A DNA stretch of 64,000 nucleotides from an uncultured Phycisphaerales bacterium (lineage in GTDB: Bacteria > Planctomycetota > Phycisphaerae > Sedimentisphaerales > Anaerobacaceae), in assembly GCA_963718665.1 (NCBI GenBank), contig OY970359.1, forward strand, positions 1,536,001-1,600,000. The letters are read 5' to 3'. Below the pieces are notes generated by a model, which saw only the letters and a list, made by a program, of their open reading frames with translations, was not told the origin of the DNA and ran no database searches. Position numbers and translations under genes: made by a program. Below are positions 50,252 through 60,316 of the stretch, one piece after another (the stretch's first letter is position 1; each line of letters begins with the position of its first letter).

Positions 50252-51643
50252 ATGGTAATGGGCAGGGATGACAAGACGTTGTTTGCGAAAGGCGAGCAGG
50301 CGAAGTTAACGGCTGCTGCGCCGTTGGCGGTTCGGATGAGGCCAAGGACCCTCGATGAGTTTGCGGGTCAGCAGCACTTTATCGGCGAAGGGAAACTGTT
50401 GCGGAGGATACTGGAAGCCGACGCATTAAGCAGTTTGATATTTTACGGGCCGCCGGGGGTGGGAAAGACATCGCTGGCAATGGTGATTGCCAACCAGACA
50501 AAGGCGGAATTTCGATATATCAGCGCACCAGCGGCGAGCGTCAAGGATATTCGCGACGTTATAGCTGAGGCGAAAGACCGATTAACATCATCGAGCAAGC
50601 GAACCATATTGTTCATCGATGAAATACACCGTTTCAACCGGGCACAGCAGGACGTGCTTTTGGATGATGTGGAATCGGGGATAGTGATATTCATCGGAGC
50701 GACGACGGAAAACCCGTTTTTTGCGGTCAATTCGCCATTGATAAGCAGAAGCACGGTGTTTTATTTTGAGCCATTAAGCGAAGATGATGTTGTTGGATTA
50801 TTGAAGCGGGCGATAGCGGACAAAGAGCGCGGGCTTGGCAAATACGAGATTGAAGCGGAAGAAAAGGCGTTGAAGTATCTCGCGGCGGTATGCGATGGCG
50901 ACGCAAGGAAGGCGTTAACTGCCCTGGAAGTCGGGATTTTGTCGCAGAAGACAGTTAAAAAGATTAAATTCGATTTTCAGACGGCCAAGGACTCCATTCA
51001 GGGCAAGACAATCGATTATGACCAGACGGGCGATACGCATTATGATTTGGCGAGCGCGTTTCAGAAGAGTATGCGGGGGAGCGACCCGGACGCGACGGTT
51101 TACTGGCTCGCCAGAATGATTGCGGGCGGGGAGGACGTGAGGTTTATCGCCAGAAGAATCGCGGTTTGTGCCGCGGAGGACGTGGGTAACGCGGACCCGA
51201 TAGCGACGGTTTTAGCGGCATCTGCGTTTCAGATTAGCGAATTTGTGGGGCTTCCTGAGGCGCAATTAGCGTTGGCTCAGGCGGCGATTTACGTGGCTTG
51301 TGCGCCGAAATCTAATGCTTCCTCATCGGCGATTGGCAGCGCGATTGGTGATGTTCAAAATGAAAAAACCGTGGCGGTTCCGAAGCATTTGAAGGACAGC
51401 CATTATGCCGCGGCGAAAAAGATGGGTTTTGGCATAGATTATAAGTATCCGCACAGTTTTGAGGGCGGATTTGTGGTGCAGGAATACCTTCCGGGCGGTA
51501 TAAAGAAGAAGTACTATAAGCCGACAGAGCGGGGGTATGAAAAAAATATACGGGGTTATTTACAAAAGCTCGAAATACTGATAAAAGATAACAAGGCCAA
51601 AAGGATTGAAAGTAGCGGCCAGGCGGAGCAGGGTAACGGTTGA
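50252..51643 (+). CDS. rarA: Replication-associated recombination protein A
   Basis: PLAVRMRP, YGPPGVGKT, DEIHRFNRAQQD, GATTENP, KSMRGSDPDA and EDVGNADP; start uncertain (50252 or 50258). Confidence 0.95.
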   Translation: MVMGRDDKTLFAKGEQAKLTAAAPLAVRMRPRTLDEFAGQQHFIGEGKLLRRILEADALSSLIFYGPPGVGKTSLAMVIANQTKAEFRYISAPAASVKDIRDVIAEAKDRLTSSSKRTILFIDEIHRFNRAQQDVLLDDVESGIVIFIGATTENPFFAVNSPLISRSTVFYFEPLSEDDVVGLLKRAIADKERGLGKYEIEAEEKALKYLAAVCDGDARKALTALEVGILSQKTVKKIKFDFQTAKDSIQGKTIDYDQTGDTHYDLASAFQKSMRGSDPDATVYWLARMIAGGEDVRFIARRIAVCAAEDVGNADPIATVLAASAFQISEFVGLPEAQLALAQAAIYVACAPKSNASSSAIGSAIGDVQNEKTVAVPKHLKDSHYAAAKKMGFGIDYKYPHSFEGGFVVQEYLPGGIKKKYYKPTERGYEKNIRGYLQKLEILIKDNKAKRIESSGQAEQGNG

Positions 51644-52279
51644 ATGGAGTACCGTAGTATGGACAAGGCGCAGTTACGGCAGGAGCTTCAAAAGAGTTTA
51701 GCCGGGATATCGGCTGAGCAGCGGAAGGAAAAAAGCCGGAGGGCGTGTCGAAAGCTGATTGCGACGCCTGAATTTCAAAACGCTCCCACGGTGATGATGT
51801 ATCTGTCACTTCCTCACGAGATTGATACGTCGGAGGCGATACTTTCCGCGTGGCAGATGGGTAAGACCGTGGTTGTGCCTAAGGTGTCCTGGCAGCAAAG
51901 GCATATGATACCTGTGCAGATAAACTCATTGGAGACGGGTTTTTCGGAGGAGGTAGGCGGGTTGCGAAATCCGACGACCGGTGCGCCTGTGCCGTTTGAA
52001 GATATTCATCTGGTGGTTGCGCCGGGTCTTGGGTTTGACGGGAAGGGCAATCGGCTTGGACGCGGTGGATCTTATTACGACAGGTTTTTCTCCAACAAGG
52101 ATTTGAAGGCGATGAAATGCGGCTTCGCGTTCGCCGAGCAGGTAATAGAAACGGTGCCGGTTATGGAGCACGACGTGCCGGTTGATATGCTGGTTAGCGA
52201 TGAAGAAGTTTTGTATTTTGGCAAAGATAAGCCCGCAGCGGGCACAAAAATAAAAAAATCAGGAATGAGCAGTAAATAA
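51644..52279 (+). CDS. 5-formyltetrahydrofolate cyclo-ligase
   Basis: KAQLR, EIDT and VVAPGLGFD..GNRLGRGGSYYDR. Confidence 0.93.
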   Translation: MEYRSMDKAQLRQELQKSLAGISAEQRKEKSRRACRKLIATPEFQNAPTVMMYLSLPHEIDTSEAILSAWQMGKTVVVPKVSWQQRHMIPVQINSLETGFSEEVGGLRNPTTGAPVPFEDIHLVVAPGLGFDGKGNRLGRGGSYYDRFFSNKDLKAMKCGFAFAEQVIETVPVMEHDVPVDMLVSDEEVLYFGKDKPAAGTKIKKSGMSSK

Positions 52280-52289
52280 GGAGATTGAA

Positions 52290-53273
52290 ATGGCTGTTAA
52301 TCCGGGTGGTTATGGAGAGCATCGTTCGGCTCAGGTTCGCAGAATTCTGTATATATCTATAGTTGTGATTGTGGTGGCCGTGGTCGCAATAGCGGGATTT
52401 ATTCTTAAGCGCAGCCGGGGCGGCTCGCAGGAGGTTACGCCGGAGCCGCAGGCGAATACGACTGAGCAGGGTCAGCCGGCGTCGCCTGCGGTCGCAGCGA
52501 TGGATGCCAATGGTTCGGTTGTATCGACGCAGATTGCGCAGGCGATGGAGTTGTTGAATCAGCCGACGCCTAAAATTATCGAGGCGAGAGACCGGCTTAA
52601 TGAGCTTTTGCCCATGGCACAGGGACAGGAGCTTGTGTTTATCAAAGGCAAACTCGCAGAGTTGTCGGACAAGTGGCTGTTCAGCAAGCTTGTTTACCCG
52701 GAGGACAAGTTGACAGCCAGTTACAAGGTTGCTCCGGGCGATATGCTTTCGACAATCGGAAAGAAGCGCAATGTGCCCTATGAGATTTTGATGCAGATAA
52801 ACAATATGGCCAAGCCGGAAGCGCTTCAGTCGGGCGTGGCGATAAAGGTAATAAACGGGCCGTTCCACGCGAGGGTCTATCGCTCAACGTTTACGATGGA
52901 TTTGTATCTGCAGAATACTTATGTGAAGAGTTTCTCCGTCGGGCTTGGTAAGCAGGGTATGGAGACGCCGACGGGGCGATGGCGTGTGAAAGAGGGCGGC
53001 AAACTGATACAGCCAATCTGGACGGACCCGGTGAGCGGCAAGACGTATCATCCTGAAGACCCGGATTATCCGCTTGGTTCGCGGTGGATAGCGCTTGAGG
53101 GAATTGAGGGTAATGCAGTGGGCAAAAAGGGTTTTGCGATTCACGGCACGAAGAACCCGGAGCAAATCGGGACACCCGGTTCGCAGGGTTGTATCCGGCT
53201 GCACAACGGCAATGCGATACTGGTGTATAACCTTATGATGCCGGGGCAGTCGCTGGTGGATGTGGTTGACTAA
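52290..53273 (+). CDS. Membrane-anchored LysM + L,D-transpeptidase (YkuD) protein
   Basis: YKVAPGDMLSTI (LysM) and IHGT......G..GSQGCIRL. Confidence 0.92.
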   Translation: MAVNPGGYGEHRSAQVRRILYISIVVIVVAVVAIAGFILKRSRGGSQEVTPEPQANTTEQGQPASPAVAAMDANGSVVSTQIAQAMELLNQPTPKIIEARDRLNELLPMAQGQELVFIKGKLAELSDKWLFSKLVYPEDKLTASYKVAPGDMLSTIGKKRNVPYEILMQINNMAKPEALQSGVAIKVINGPFHARVYRSTFTMDLYLQNTYVKSFSVGLGKQGMETPTGRWRVKEGGKLIQPIWTDPVSGKTYHPEDPDYPLGSRWIALEGIEGNAVGKKGFAIHGTKNPEQIGTPGSQGCIRLHNGNAILVYNLMMPGQSLVDVVD

Positions 53274-53281
53274 TTATTATT

Positions 53282-53308
53282 ACCGCAGAGCACGCTGAGA
53301 CCGCAGAG
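53282..53308 (+). repeat. Nonamer triplet
   Basis: accgcagag cacgctgag accgcagag. Confidence 0.85.
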
Positions 53309-53340
53309 AAAAAATAAAAATAAAATCCGCGAATCAGGCG

Positions 53341-54354
53341 GTGAAAAAGGAATCCTGCGTTGTGAGCCAGGGAACGGTAAAAAACCATCGGAGGATAAAG
53401 TTATACGCACTGGGGGTGTCTGTTTTTGCGCATATCGTGGCGTTGTCGGTTTTCGCTGCGATAAAAATTTCGCAGTCGGCTCCTGTGCCGCTGCAAACGA
53501 CTACAACCGTGAGCATCAATCAGGCGATCAGGCTCGCTGACAGGCAGGCGGTTACGCCCAAGCCAAAGGTTAATCCCGTCGATAGCAAACCATTCGATTC
53601 TTCCGGCTCGCTCAAGGCGGACATCGTTCAGGGCAGACCAATAGTTAAAGCGGACGGAAAAGGAACACAGGCGAATGTTCGGCCTGTATTTGATGCGCCG
53701 AAAGAGGATAATCGGCGACAGGCGGAAGATGTAAAGCCGCCGATTCAGCAGGAAGTATCAAATGCGGCAGGCAGCGAGGAGTCGGCTGGCAATATCGAAT
53801 TTTTCGACAGCCCGGCGCAGGGCAGGAGGATTTGTTACGTCGTCGACTGCTCGGGGAGTATGCGGGGATTGTGGAATCGTGTGCGGGAAGAGCTTATTGA
53901 CTCGATAGGGAAACTGCCGCAGGATTATTATTTCTGCATGATTGTTTTTGGCGGGGGGAGCATACTGGAGACGGGCGGCGGGAAAATGGTGCGGGCAACC
54001 GAGCAGGCGAAACAAGAAGCATACGAATTTATCGCGGCTGTTGAGCCGAGAGGGGGGACAAACGCGGCGGATGCGCTGGAACGAGCGATTATGATTAAAG
54101 ACAGGACCGGCGTCGGGGCATCGGCGATATATTTTCTTACAGATGGTTTTGAATTGAGCGAGCAGGATGGTTCGCGTTTTGCGCACAAGGTCGCTACAAT
54201 ACACAGGAGTTTTGCGCCGAAGACGCAGATAAACACGATTGGCTTCTGGTGCACCGAGCAGGACGGCAAAGTGCTTGAGACAATAGCGAAAGAAAGCGGC
54301 GGAAAATTCGTGATGGTCGGAAATACAGGCGAACAAAAGGACGGGGACAATTGA
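53341..54354 (+). CDS. Single-pass membrane protein with a Pro-rich linker and C-terminal VWA (MIDAS) domain
   Basis: TM with SVFAH; YVVDCSGSM, GGTN, FLTDG, INTIGF and L..IA.ESGGKF. Confidence 0.88.
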   Translation: MKKESCVVSQGTVKNHRRIKLYALGVSVFAHIVALSVFAAIKISQSAPVPLQTTTTVSINQAIRLADRQAVTPKPKVNPVDSKPFDSSGSLKADIVQGRPIVKADGKGTQANVRPVFDAPKEDNRRQAEDVKPPIQQEVSNAAGSEESAGNIEFFDSPAQGRRICYVVDCSGSMRGLWNRVREELIDSIGKLPQDYYFCMIVFGGGSILETGGGKMVRATEQAKQEAYEFIAAVEPRGGTNAADALERAIMIKDRTGVGASAIYFLTDGFELSEQDGSRFAHKVATIHRSFAPKTQINTIGFWCTEQDGKVLETIAKESGGKFVMVGNTGEQKDGDN

Positions 54355-54369
54355 GGCGGGGATGCGGTA

Positions 54370-55218
54370 ATGAATAAAGGAATTTTGTTAAAGCTGTTTT
54401 TTATGGCGGCAGCTCTTGTTGTGGTTGTGATGATACTGATAACGGCCGCGAAGACAGATTTCAACGGCGCATCGGCGGGGCTGGCCAGGCCGAAAACGTA
54501 TTTCGAGCAGTTTTTTGTGGCGGGCGGACCGGTCGTCTGGTTTGTTCTTTTGCCGATGTCGATGGTTACGGTTTATCTGGCGACGGAGTATTGTTTTATC
54601 ATTCGCCGGAAAAAACTTTTGCCGGACGATATTTGCGGGACAATCGCCGATATTACGCGGCAGGCGGGCCTGGCTCAACTGCCAGGGCGGCTTGTCGAAA
54701 AGAGCGATTTTATCAGTGTTGCTGTTTCGGGCGCGGTTAGCAAGTGCGGCGGCGATTTGAATCGAATGCGGAGTATGGTTATTGAATCGCTCCAGGAGCA
54801 GGCGATGGCGCTATTACGCAGAATCGAGTGGATGAACATCATGGGCAATGTTTCGCCGATGGTGGGTCTGTTCGGGACGGTCCTGGGGATAATCAAGATG
54901 TTTAACGCGATGGCGGCGGTCGGCGGCCAGCCGCACCCTTCGCAATTGGCGGGCGGAATTTCAATCGCACTGGTAACAACATTGTGGGGACTGATGATTG
55001 CGATACCGGCGTTGACCATTCACGGCGTCTTCCAGAACCGAATTGAAATGCTCGCCAGTGAATCGGCTGAGCAGGCGGAAAAAACCCTTTCGCAAATAGC
55101 TTATACTTTAAGAGAGCAGAGGCGAACAGAGCAGCCCAAATCGGGCCTGGGACAGCCGATTGCCGAAATTCCGCCAAAATCGGGCGGGACAATTCGGACA
55201 TCGACGCTGTCGTCATAA
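54370..55218 (+). CDS. exbB: MotA/TolQ/ExbB proton channel family protein
   Basis: GGPVVW, SPMVGLFGTVLGII and GISIALVTTLWGL.IAIP. Confidence 0.9.
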   Translation: MNKGILLKLFFMAAALVVVVMILITAAKTDFNGASAGLARPKTYFEQFFVAGGPVVWFVLLPMSMVTVYLATEYCFIIRRKKLLPDDICGTIADITRQAGLAQLPGRLVEKSDFISVAVSGAVSKCGGDLNRMRSMVIESLQEQAMALLRRIEWMNIMGNVSPMVGLFGTVLGIIKMFNAMAAVGGQPHPSQLAGGISIALVTTLWGLMIAIPALTIHGVFQNRIEMLASESAEQAEKTLSQIAYTLREQRRTEQPKSGLGQPIAEIPPKSGGTIRTSTLSS

Positions 55219-55236
55219 TTTTTGCGGAAAGTATTT

Positions 55237-55710
55237 ATGGCTTTTGAGGTCCCAAAAAAATACCGCGGCACGGTTCAGACACTAAACGTGATACCGTTCG
55301 TGGATGTTTTGTTTCAGCTTATTATATTTTTCGCGCTGGCCTGCCAGCTCATCGCGACGGAGAATTTACAGGTTTACGTCCCCGACAACTGCAATTTTGC
55401 CAGTTCCGACGACCAGCGTGAGGCGCAGATTACTACCGTTACAGTTATGAAAGATGAGCGGGGCAAAAGCAGTTTTGCGGTAGGTTCTCAGAAAATTGCG
55501 TTGTCGAATTATGACCAAATGGCGGAGAAAGTCGCCGAACTATTGGATGCCCGGCTCAAAGACCTGCCCGCCAACGGCAGGGTCGTAACGCTGCGGATTG
55601 ATAAGGATATTCCATACGCTGAGGCCCAGTATGCTCTGGCCGCGGTTGCCAAAAGCACCGCAACTGACATACGCTTAGCGGCGATAAAAGAGTTCTCTGT
55701 TGCCAGATAG
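55237..55710 (+). CDS. exbD: ExbD/TolR family protein
   Basis: LNVIPFVDVLFQLIIFF TM with the conserved Asp; LRIDKDIPY. Confidence 0.88.
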   Translation: MAFEVPKKYRGTVQTLNVIPFVDVLFQLIIFFALACQLIATENLQVYVPDNCNFASSDDQREAQITTVTVMKDERGKSSFAVGSQKIALSNYDQMAEKVAELLDARLKDLPANGRVVTLRIDKDIPYAEAQYALAAVAKSTATDIRLAAIKEFSVAR

Positions 55711-55730
55711 TCCGCGTTCAAATCGCAAAC

Positions 55731-57005
55731 TTACGCGGATTCTTTTTTAGCGGGGAGTTGTCTTGCTGCGGAGAGCGGCACTGTTCCTTCGACGATGTCC
55801 TTTGTAATGACGTATTTAGCGGGTTTTGGCTCTTCGGGCAGTTGATACATCAAATCAGTCATCAGCGTTTCGGCAAGCGAACAAAGCGCACGGGCGCCGG
55901 TGGCGTGCTTGAGGGCCTTTTTGGCCAGCGCGTGCAGGGCGTCTTCGGTAAACGCCAATTCGGCGTTTTCCATTTCGAAGAATTTCTGATACTGCCTGAT
56001 GAGCGCGTTTTTGGGTTTTGTCAGGATATCGATAAGGGTGTTTTCATCGAGAGGCGCAAGGACCGTGATAACGGGCACTCGGCCGACAAATTCGGGAATC
56101 ATTCCGAATTCGATAACGTCTTCGGGGATGACCTGTTCAAGAACATTGGTCAGCTCGGCCTGCTCATCGGGCAGTTGCGACATTTCCGAACCGAAGCCAA
56201 TCATTTTTTTGCCTAAGCGTTTTTTGATGATGTTGTCGAGGCCGACGAACGTTCCGCCGCAAATGAAGAGGATGTGCGAGGTATCCAGCTGGATATAGGA
56301 TTGTTCGGGATGTTTTCTGCCTCCCTGGGGCGGGATATTGGCGATTGTGCCTTCGAGCATTTTCAACAGGGCCTGCTGGACGCCTTCGCCTGAGACGTCC
56401 CGTGTGATTGAGACGTTCTGGTTGGTCTTGCCGATTTTATCGATTTCATCGACATAGACGATACCTCGCTGTGCGGCTTCGAGGTCGAAGTCGGCGTTTT
56501 GTAAAAGGCGCAGGAGAAAATTTTCGACGTCTTCGCCTACGTAGCCGGCTTCGGTAACGGTGGTGGCGTCGCAGATTGCGAAGGGGACATCGAGGAATTT
56601 GGCGAGCGTCTTGGCGAGAAGCGTTTTGCCTGAGCCGGTGGGGCCAATGAGCAGGACGTTTGATTTATCGACTTCGACTTCGCTGTCTTTGCTGTCAACG
56701 TGAAGCAGGCGTTTGTAGTGGTTGTGCACGGCGACGGCGAGATATTTTTTGGCGTGCTCCTGGCCTATGACGTACTGGTCGAGGTATTCTTTTATGCCTC
56801 TGGGGTTCGGCAGTTTTTTGCTGCCGAAGGCCGACCGGCTGGCCTGCTTTTTGTTTTGCCTGATAATGTCGCCGCAAAGCCCGACGCAGTCGGGGCAGAT
56901 ATAGACCTTGTTCGGGCCTTCAATAAAGGTGTCCTGCTGGGTGCTTGCCCTGCCGCAGAAGCTGCATACGGCCCTTGGTTTATTGATATCATTTTGTTTT
57001 GCCAT
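55731..57005 (-). CDS. clpX: ATP-dependent Clp protease ATP-binding subunit
   Basis: CSFCG...ICPDC zinc finger, [28 protein letters not shown] and the IGF loop. Confidence 0.97.
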   Translation of the reverse strand: MAKQNDINKPRAVCSFCGRASTQQDTFIEGPNKVYICPDCVGLCGDIIRQNKKQASRSAFGSKKLPNPRGIKEYLDQYVIGQEHAKKYLAVAVHNHYKRLLHVDSKDSEVEVDKSNVLLIGPTGSGKTLLAKTLAKFLDVPFAICDATTVTEAGYVGEDVENFLLRLLQNADFDLEAAQRGIVYVDEIDKIGKTNQNVSITRDVSGEGVQQALLKMLEGTIANIPPQGGRKHPEQSYIQLDTSHILFICGGTFVGLDNIIKKRLGKKMIGFGSEMSQLPDEQAELTNVLEQVIPEDVIEFGMIPEFVGRVPVITVLAPLDENTLIDILTKPKNALIRQYQKFFEMENAELAFTEDALHALAKKALKHATGARALCSLAETLMTDLMYQLPEEPKPAKYVITKDIVEGTVPLSAARQLPAKKESA

Positions 57006-57082
57006 TGGTTATTCCAAGTCAGATTTAAGTTTCAGTGTTGTTATAGTTATATATTCTAAATCGGCTGAAGGTTCGTTGCAAC

Positions 57083-59143
57083 TTAATTGGCTGCGCAGTA
57101 TTGTTTCAGGATATCGAGTTTTTCGGCCCAGGGGGCGGGAATTTGGGGATAACTGCCGCAAAGCACGTCGATAGCATGGGCGATATTTTGCTTATCTGCC
57201 TGCGGTGATTTGGCAAGGCAGTCGAGTTCATAAAATTTGGCCTGCCACCAGTGCCAGCTTTTTTGAGTTTGTGCGGGTGTTTCGTTTCGCCGAAGCTCAG
57301 CGATTTTTGCCCAGAGTTTGGCGGATTGTTCGAATTTTTCCTGTGCCATCAGCAGTCGTGCCTGCACACGCAGCCAGGTTACGTCGTTTTCGTCAGGAGA
57401 AAAAGGCGTCAGGAAGATTTTTCCCTGTAAGATTGACGTCTCAGCAAAAAGCAGGTTGGTTTGGATATTATTGTTGGATTTGTGGGCAAATTCGGCAAGG
57501 GTGTCGCAATTTAGCAACAATTCGTTGAAGTCGTTGGCATCCTTTTGCCAGAGTTCGATTTTATCGATTGTGTCGGAAGCGATTTGAGCAGCCAATGCTG
57601 TCGATGAGTTACTGTCCCCGATTACGGCTTTCGACATATACCGAGCCGATTCTTCAAGTCGTCCCAATTGGTGCAACGCCTGTGCTTTGAACAGGTCATA
57701 TCGCAGTCCCGGCGTTTGTTCTGCGGTATCGAGCAGGTTCAGGACCTGTGCTGCGGAATCGTTGATGTCGCTGCCAAGAATTGTCCGGCAGTATATATCC
57801 ATCGCTTCGAGGCGAAGTAAGCGTTTTTGCTCATCCTGCCCCGTGCAATTGAGAACAAAGTTTCGCAGTTGTGGAATCGCCTCTTTGCGGCCTGCGTTAA
57901 TTTTTATTTTTAGAAGTTCGAGCGATGCCTTATCGTGCCAGATTGTTTTCGGGTCATTGGTCAGCCGGGTGAATATTTCGGATGCTTCCTGAGTTTTGCC
58001 GCAGTCGAATAAAATTTCACCATAAAGATACTGCATCTCTTCGGCCATTTTATCTGAGGTGATGTGGGCGTAGTTATCGAAGGCGGCGATTGCAAGATTG
58101 CAATCGACATTTTTTTGAGTGAAGCTGTCGTAAGCAAGCCGGGCGGCATATTCAGCGGTTCCGCGGACGTCGATATCGAGCAGCGGTTCTTTTTGCCGGA
58201 GCTGCAAATTGCTTGATTCCATTAAAAGTTCGATGGCTTTTCCCGGATCGGATTCGATGACTGACCTGCCCGTGATACAAAGGGTGCCGGGCGTTTTTAA
58301 TTTGTCGGCGTCAGCAATGGCAAGCAGCAGTTCTTTGTGTGCGGGAAAGTTTGTTGTCGAGGCGGCATACGCGACAAGCTCGGCGGTGAGGGGATTTAAT
58401 GAATTGAGGTCGGAGCCGGAAGAAAGGTCCGCGAGGATGATTTTGCCGAGGAAATTCCCTGTTTGCGAAGAATGTAACAAGGTATTTTGCAGTGTATCGG
58501 GAGCGTATTTATTCTGGAGGATTGCAAGCGTGAGGAGCATTTCGGGGTCGTCGGAACAATCACTTTTGGCAAGCGAGTCGGTGATATCATCAAGCTCGTT
58601 TGGTCCAGATGGGCCAAGATATTTTATTTTTTCGAGTGAGGCCTTGAGGAGAGCGCAGTGGCTCAAGTCGGATTTGGCCAATATTTTGAAAAGCTGTTGT
58701 TCGGTTTCGCGGTTGCCGGCTATTTGTGCGAGATAGTAGTCGATTTCGAGTTTACCGGTTTGTGTATTAGTGAGGTCTGCGGCGAGTTTACGCCACAGGC
58801 CCGTTTGGCCGAACAGGGTTTCCCAGTCGTCTTTCTGGTATGACTCGATTGCCTGTTTCATAGCGGACTGGGTATTCGCGATTTGCTCAAGGTCGGCTGA
58901 CGTCTGCTGTGCGACCTTGCAGAGTGCATCTTTATCCTGCGGATTCAGAAATCGGCCTGAGTATTCATACTGCATTCGTATTATGAAGGTCTGCGTGAAG
59001 AACGAGTTGTAAGTTTGTTTTGCCTTTTGAGCGGCGTCATTTATATCCTGAACGGTCGGCAGAGAATCGGCGGCAATGGCAGGCAGGGAGATTGTCAGCA
59101 GCACAAGCGGCAGAAAATATCTTTTGCTAATCGGACTTATCAT
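57083..59143 (-). CDS. Exported alpha-helical (TPR-like) protein
   Basis: Signal peptide; Ala/Leu-rich helical repeats such as QYLYGEILFDCGKTQEA; WWQAKFY near the C-terminus. Confidence 0.7.
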   Translation of the reverse strand: MISPISKRYFLPLVLLTISLPAIAADSLPTVQDINDAAQKAKQTYNSFFTQTFIIRMQYEYSGRFLNPQDKDALCKVAQQTSADLEQIANTQSAMKQAIESYQKDDWETLFGQTGLWRKLAADLTNTQTGKLEIDYYLAQIAGNRETEQQLFKILAKSDLSHCALLKASLEKIKYLGPSGPNELDDITDSLAKSDCSDDPEMLLTLAILQNKYAPDTLQNTLLHSSQTGNFLGKIILADLSSGSDLNSLNPLTAELVAYAASTTNFPAHKELLLAIADADKLKTPGTLCITGRSVIESDPGKAIELLMESSNLQLRQKEPLLDIDVRGTAEYAARLAYDSFTQKNVDCNLAIAAFDNYAHITSDKMAEEMQYLYGEILFDCGKTQEASEIFTRLTNDPKTIWHDKASLELLKIKINAGRKEAIPQLRNFVLNCTGQDEQKRLLRLEAMDIYCRTILGSDINDSAAQVLNLLDTAEQTPGLRYDLFKAQALHQLGRLEESARYMSKAVIGDSNSSTALAAQIASDTIDKIELWQKDANDFNELLLNCDTLAEFAHKSNNNIQTNLLFAETSILQGKIFLTPFSPDENDVTWLRVQARLLMAQEKFEQSAKLWAKIAELRRNETPAQTQKSWHWWQAKFYELDCLAKSPQADKQNIAHAIDVLCGSYPQIPAPWAEKLDILKQYCAAN

Positions 59144-59714
59144 TTTTCGGCGACTCGGTCCGGCTGCGGCTCGGCGTCGCTATTACTCCTGTAACCTCAT
59201 CGGTGCCTTCGCCGAGACGAGTCATCTGGAACGTGATATCGGTCAGGCCCATTCCGTAAAGGACGTTATAAATTTGGGCGAGGTTTTCCCATTTGACTTT
59301 GCCCGCACATACGATTTCGACGGGGTCGGCGGCGTATCGCTTTTGTTCGAGCAGGCACTCTCTGGTTTGCTCCATCAGCGAAGCGAGGCCCCGTTCGGGG
59401 TTTTGGGAGGATATATTGACGGCACGGGATAAGCCGATTTGCACACGGCAGCCGGCGTTTGTCGGCGTGATTTGAATTGTCAGCGGCTCCGGCCTGATGG
59501 AGGTTTGGGTGACCGTGCCCGCGCTGGCTACGGGCAATTGAAGCGGGAGAAAATCCTCCTGCGGACTCCATCTCGCGGCGACGAGAAAGAAAATCAGCAG
59601 AAGGAAAATCATATCAATCATCGGCGCGATTCGCAGGCCGATGGCCGACCGGCGCAGACCGACTGTCCTGCTTAGTATGCTTTTGTCTTTATTTGTGCGT
59701 CCAAGGATTTGCAC
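59127..59714 (-). CDS. exbD: Second ExbD/TolR family protein
   Basis: IAPMIDMIFLLLIFFLV TM; GGAGG RBS; overlaps the TPR-like gene. Confidence 0.85.
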   Translation of the reverse strand: MQILGRTNKDKSILSRTVGLRRSAIGLRIAPMIDMIFLLLIFFLVAARWSPQEDFLPLQLPVASAGTVTQTSIRPEPLTIQITPTNAGCRVQIGLSRAVNISSQNPERGLASLMEQTRECLLEQKRYAADPVEIVCAGKVKWENLAQIYNVLYGMGLTDITFQMTRLGEGTDEVTGVIATPSRSRTESPKNDKSD

Positions 59715-59743
59715 GCCTAACCTCCGTGTCAGCGTCGCCGGTA

Positions 59744-60316
59744 TCAGCCGACGGATTCTTTTACGAACTGAGCGCCTTTTTGCATCGCCTTTTTATTTAA
59801 CGGTATTATGACGTGGTATCGTTCCGCCAGCACATCCGGCAGTGATTCGGCTGCCTCGTCGGGGCTGAAGGTTCCTCGTTTTTGCAGGTATGCGCCAAGT
59901 GCCACCATATTTGCGACTTTGGCGTTGCCAAGTCCCACCGCGATTTCGTCGATTGGTATTTTCACAACCTCGACGGAGTCATCGACTTTGGGCTGCACGT
60001 CTATCTGCGAGCTGTTTATTATCAGTGTTCCGCCTTTTTTTACGGATTTTTCGAATTTAGCAAGCGCGGCCTTGCTCATAGCGATTACGCATTGGGGATT
60101 GCTCACTACCGGCGAAGGAATCGGCTGGTCGGAAATGACGACCATACAATTGGACGCGCCGCCTCGGACTTCCGCGCCATAGGATGGCATAAAGGTAACT
60201 TCTTTGCCCGCCTTCATCGCGGCCTGCGCGAGGAGTTTGCCCACGAGGATAATCCCCTGTCCGCCGAACCCGGCTATTGTAACTTCTTCGTAAAGATGGT
60301 TAGTTTGTTTTCCCAT
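59744..60316 (-). CDS. 2-oxoacid:acceptor oxidoreductase gamma subunit
   Basis: AGFGGQG, PSYGAEVRGG and ANMVALGA. Confidence 0.92.
   Translation of the reverse strand: MGKQTNHLYEEVTIAGFGGQGIILVGKLLAQAAMKAGKEVTFMPSYGAEVRGGASNCMVVISDQPIPSPVVSNPQCVIAMSKAALAKFEKSVKKGGTLIINSSQIDVQPKVDDSVEVVKIPIDEIAVGLGNAKVANMVALGAYLQKRGTFSPDEAAESLPDVLAERYHVIIPLNKKAMQKGAQFVKESVG

Noticed and set aside
51600..51660. 6S RNA upstream of the 5-formyl-THF cyclo-ligase gene
   Set aside because: The rarA stop codon directly abuts the next start codon, leaving no intergenic space.
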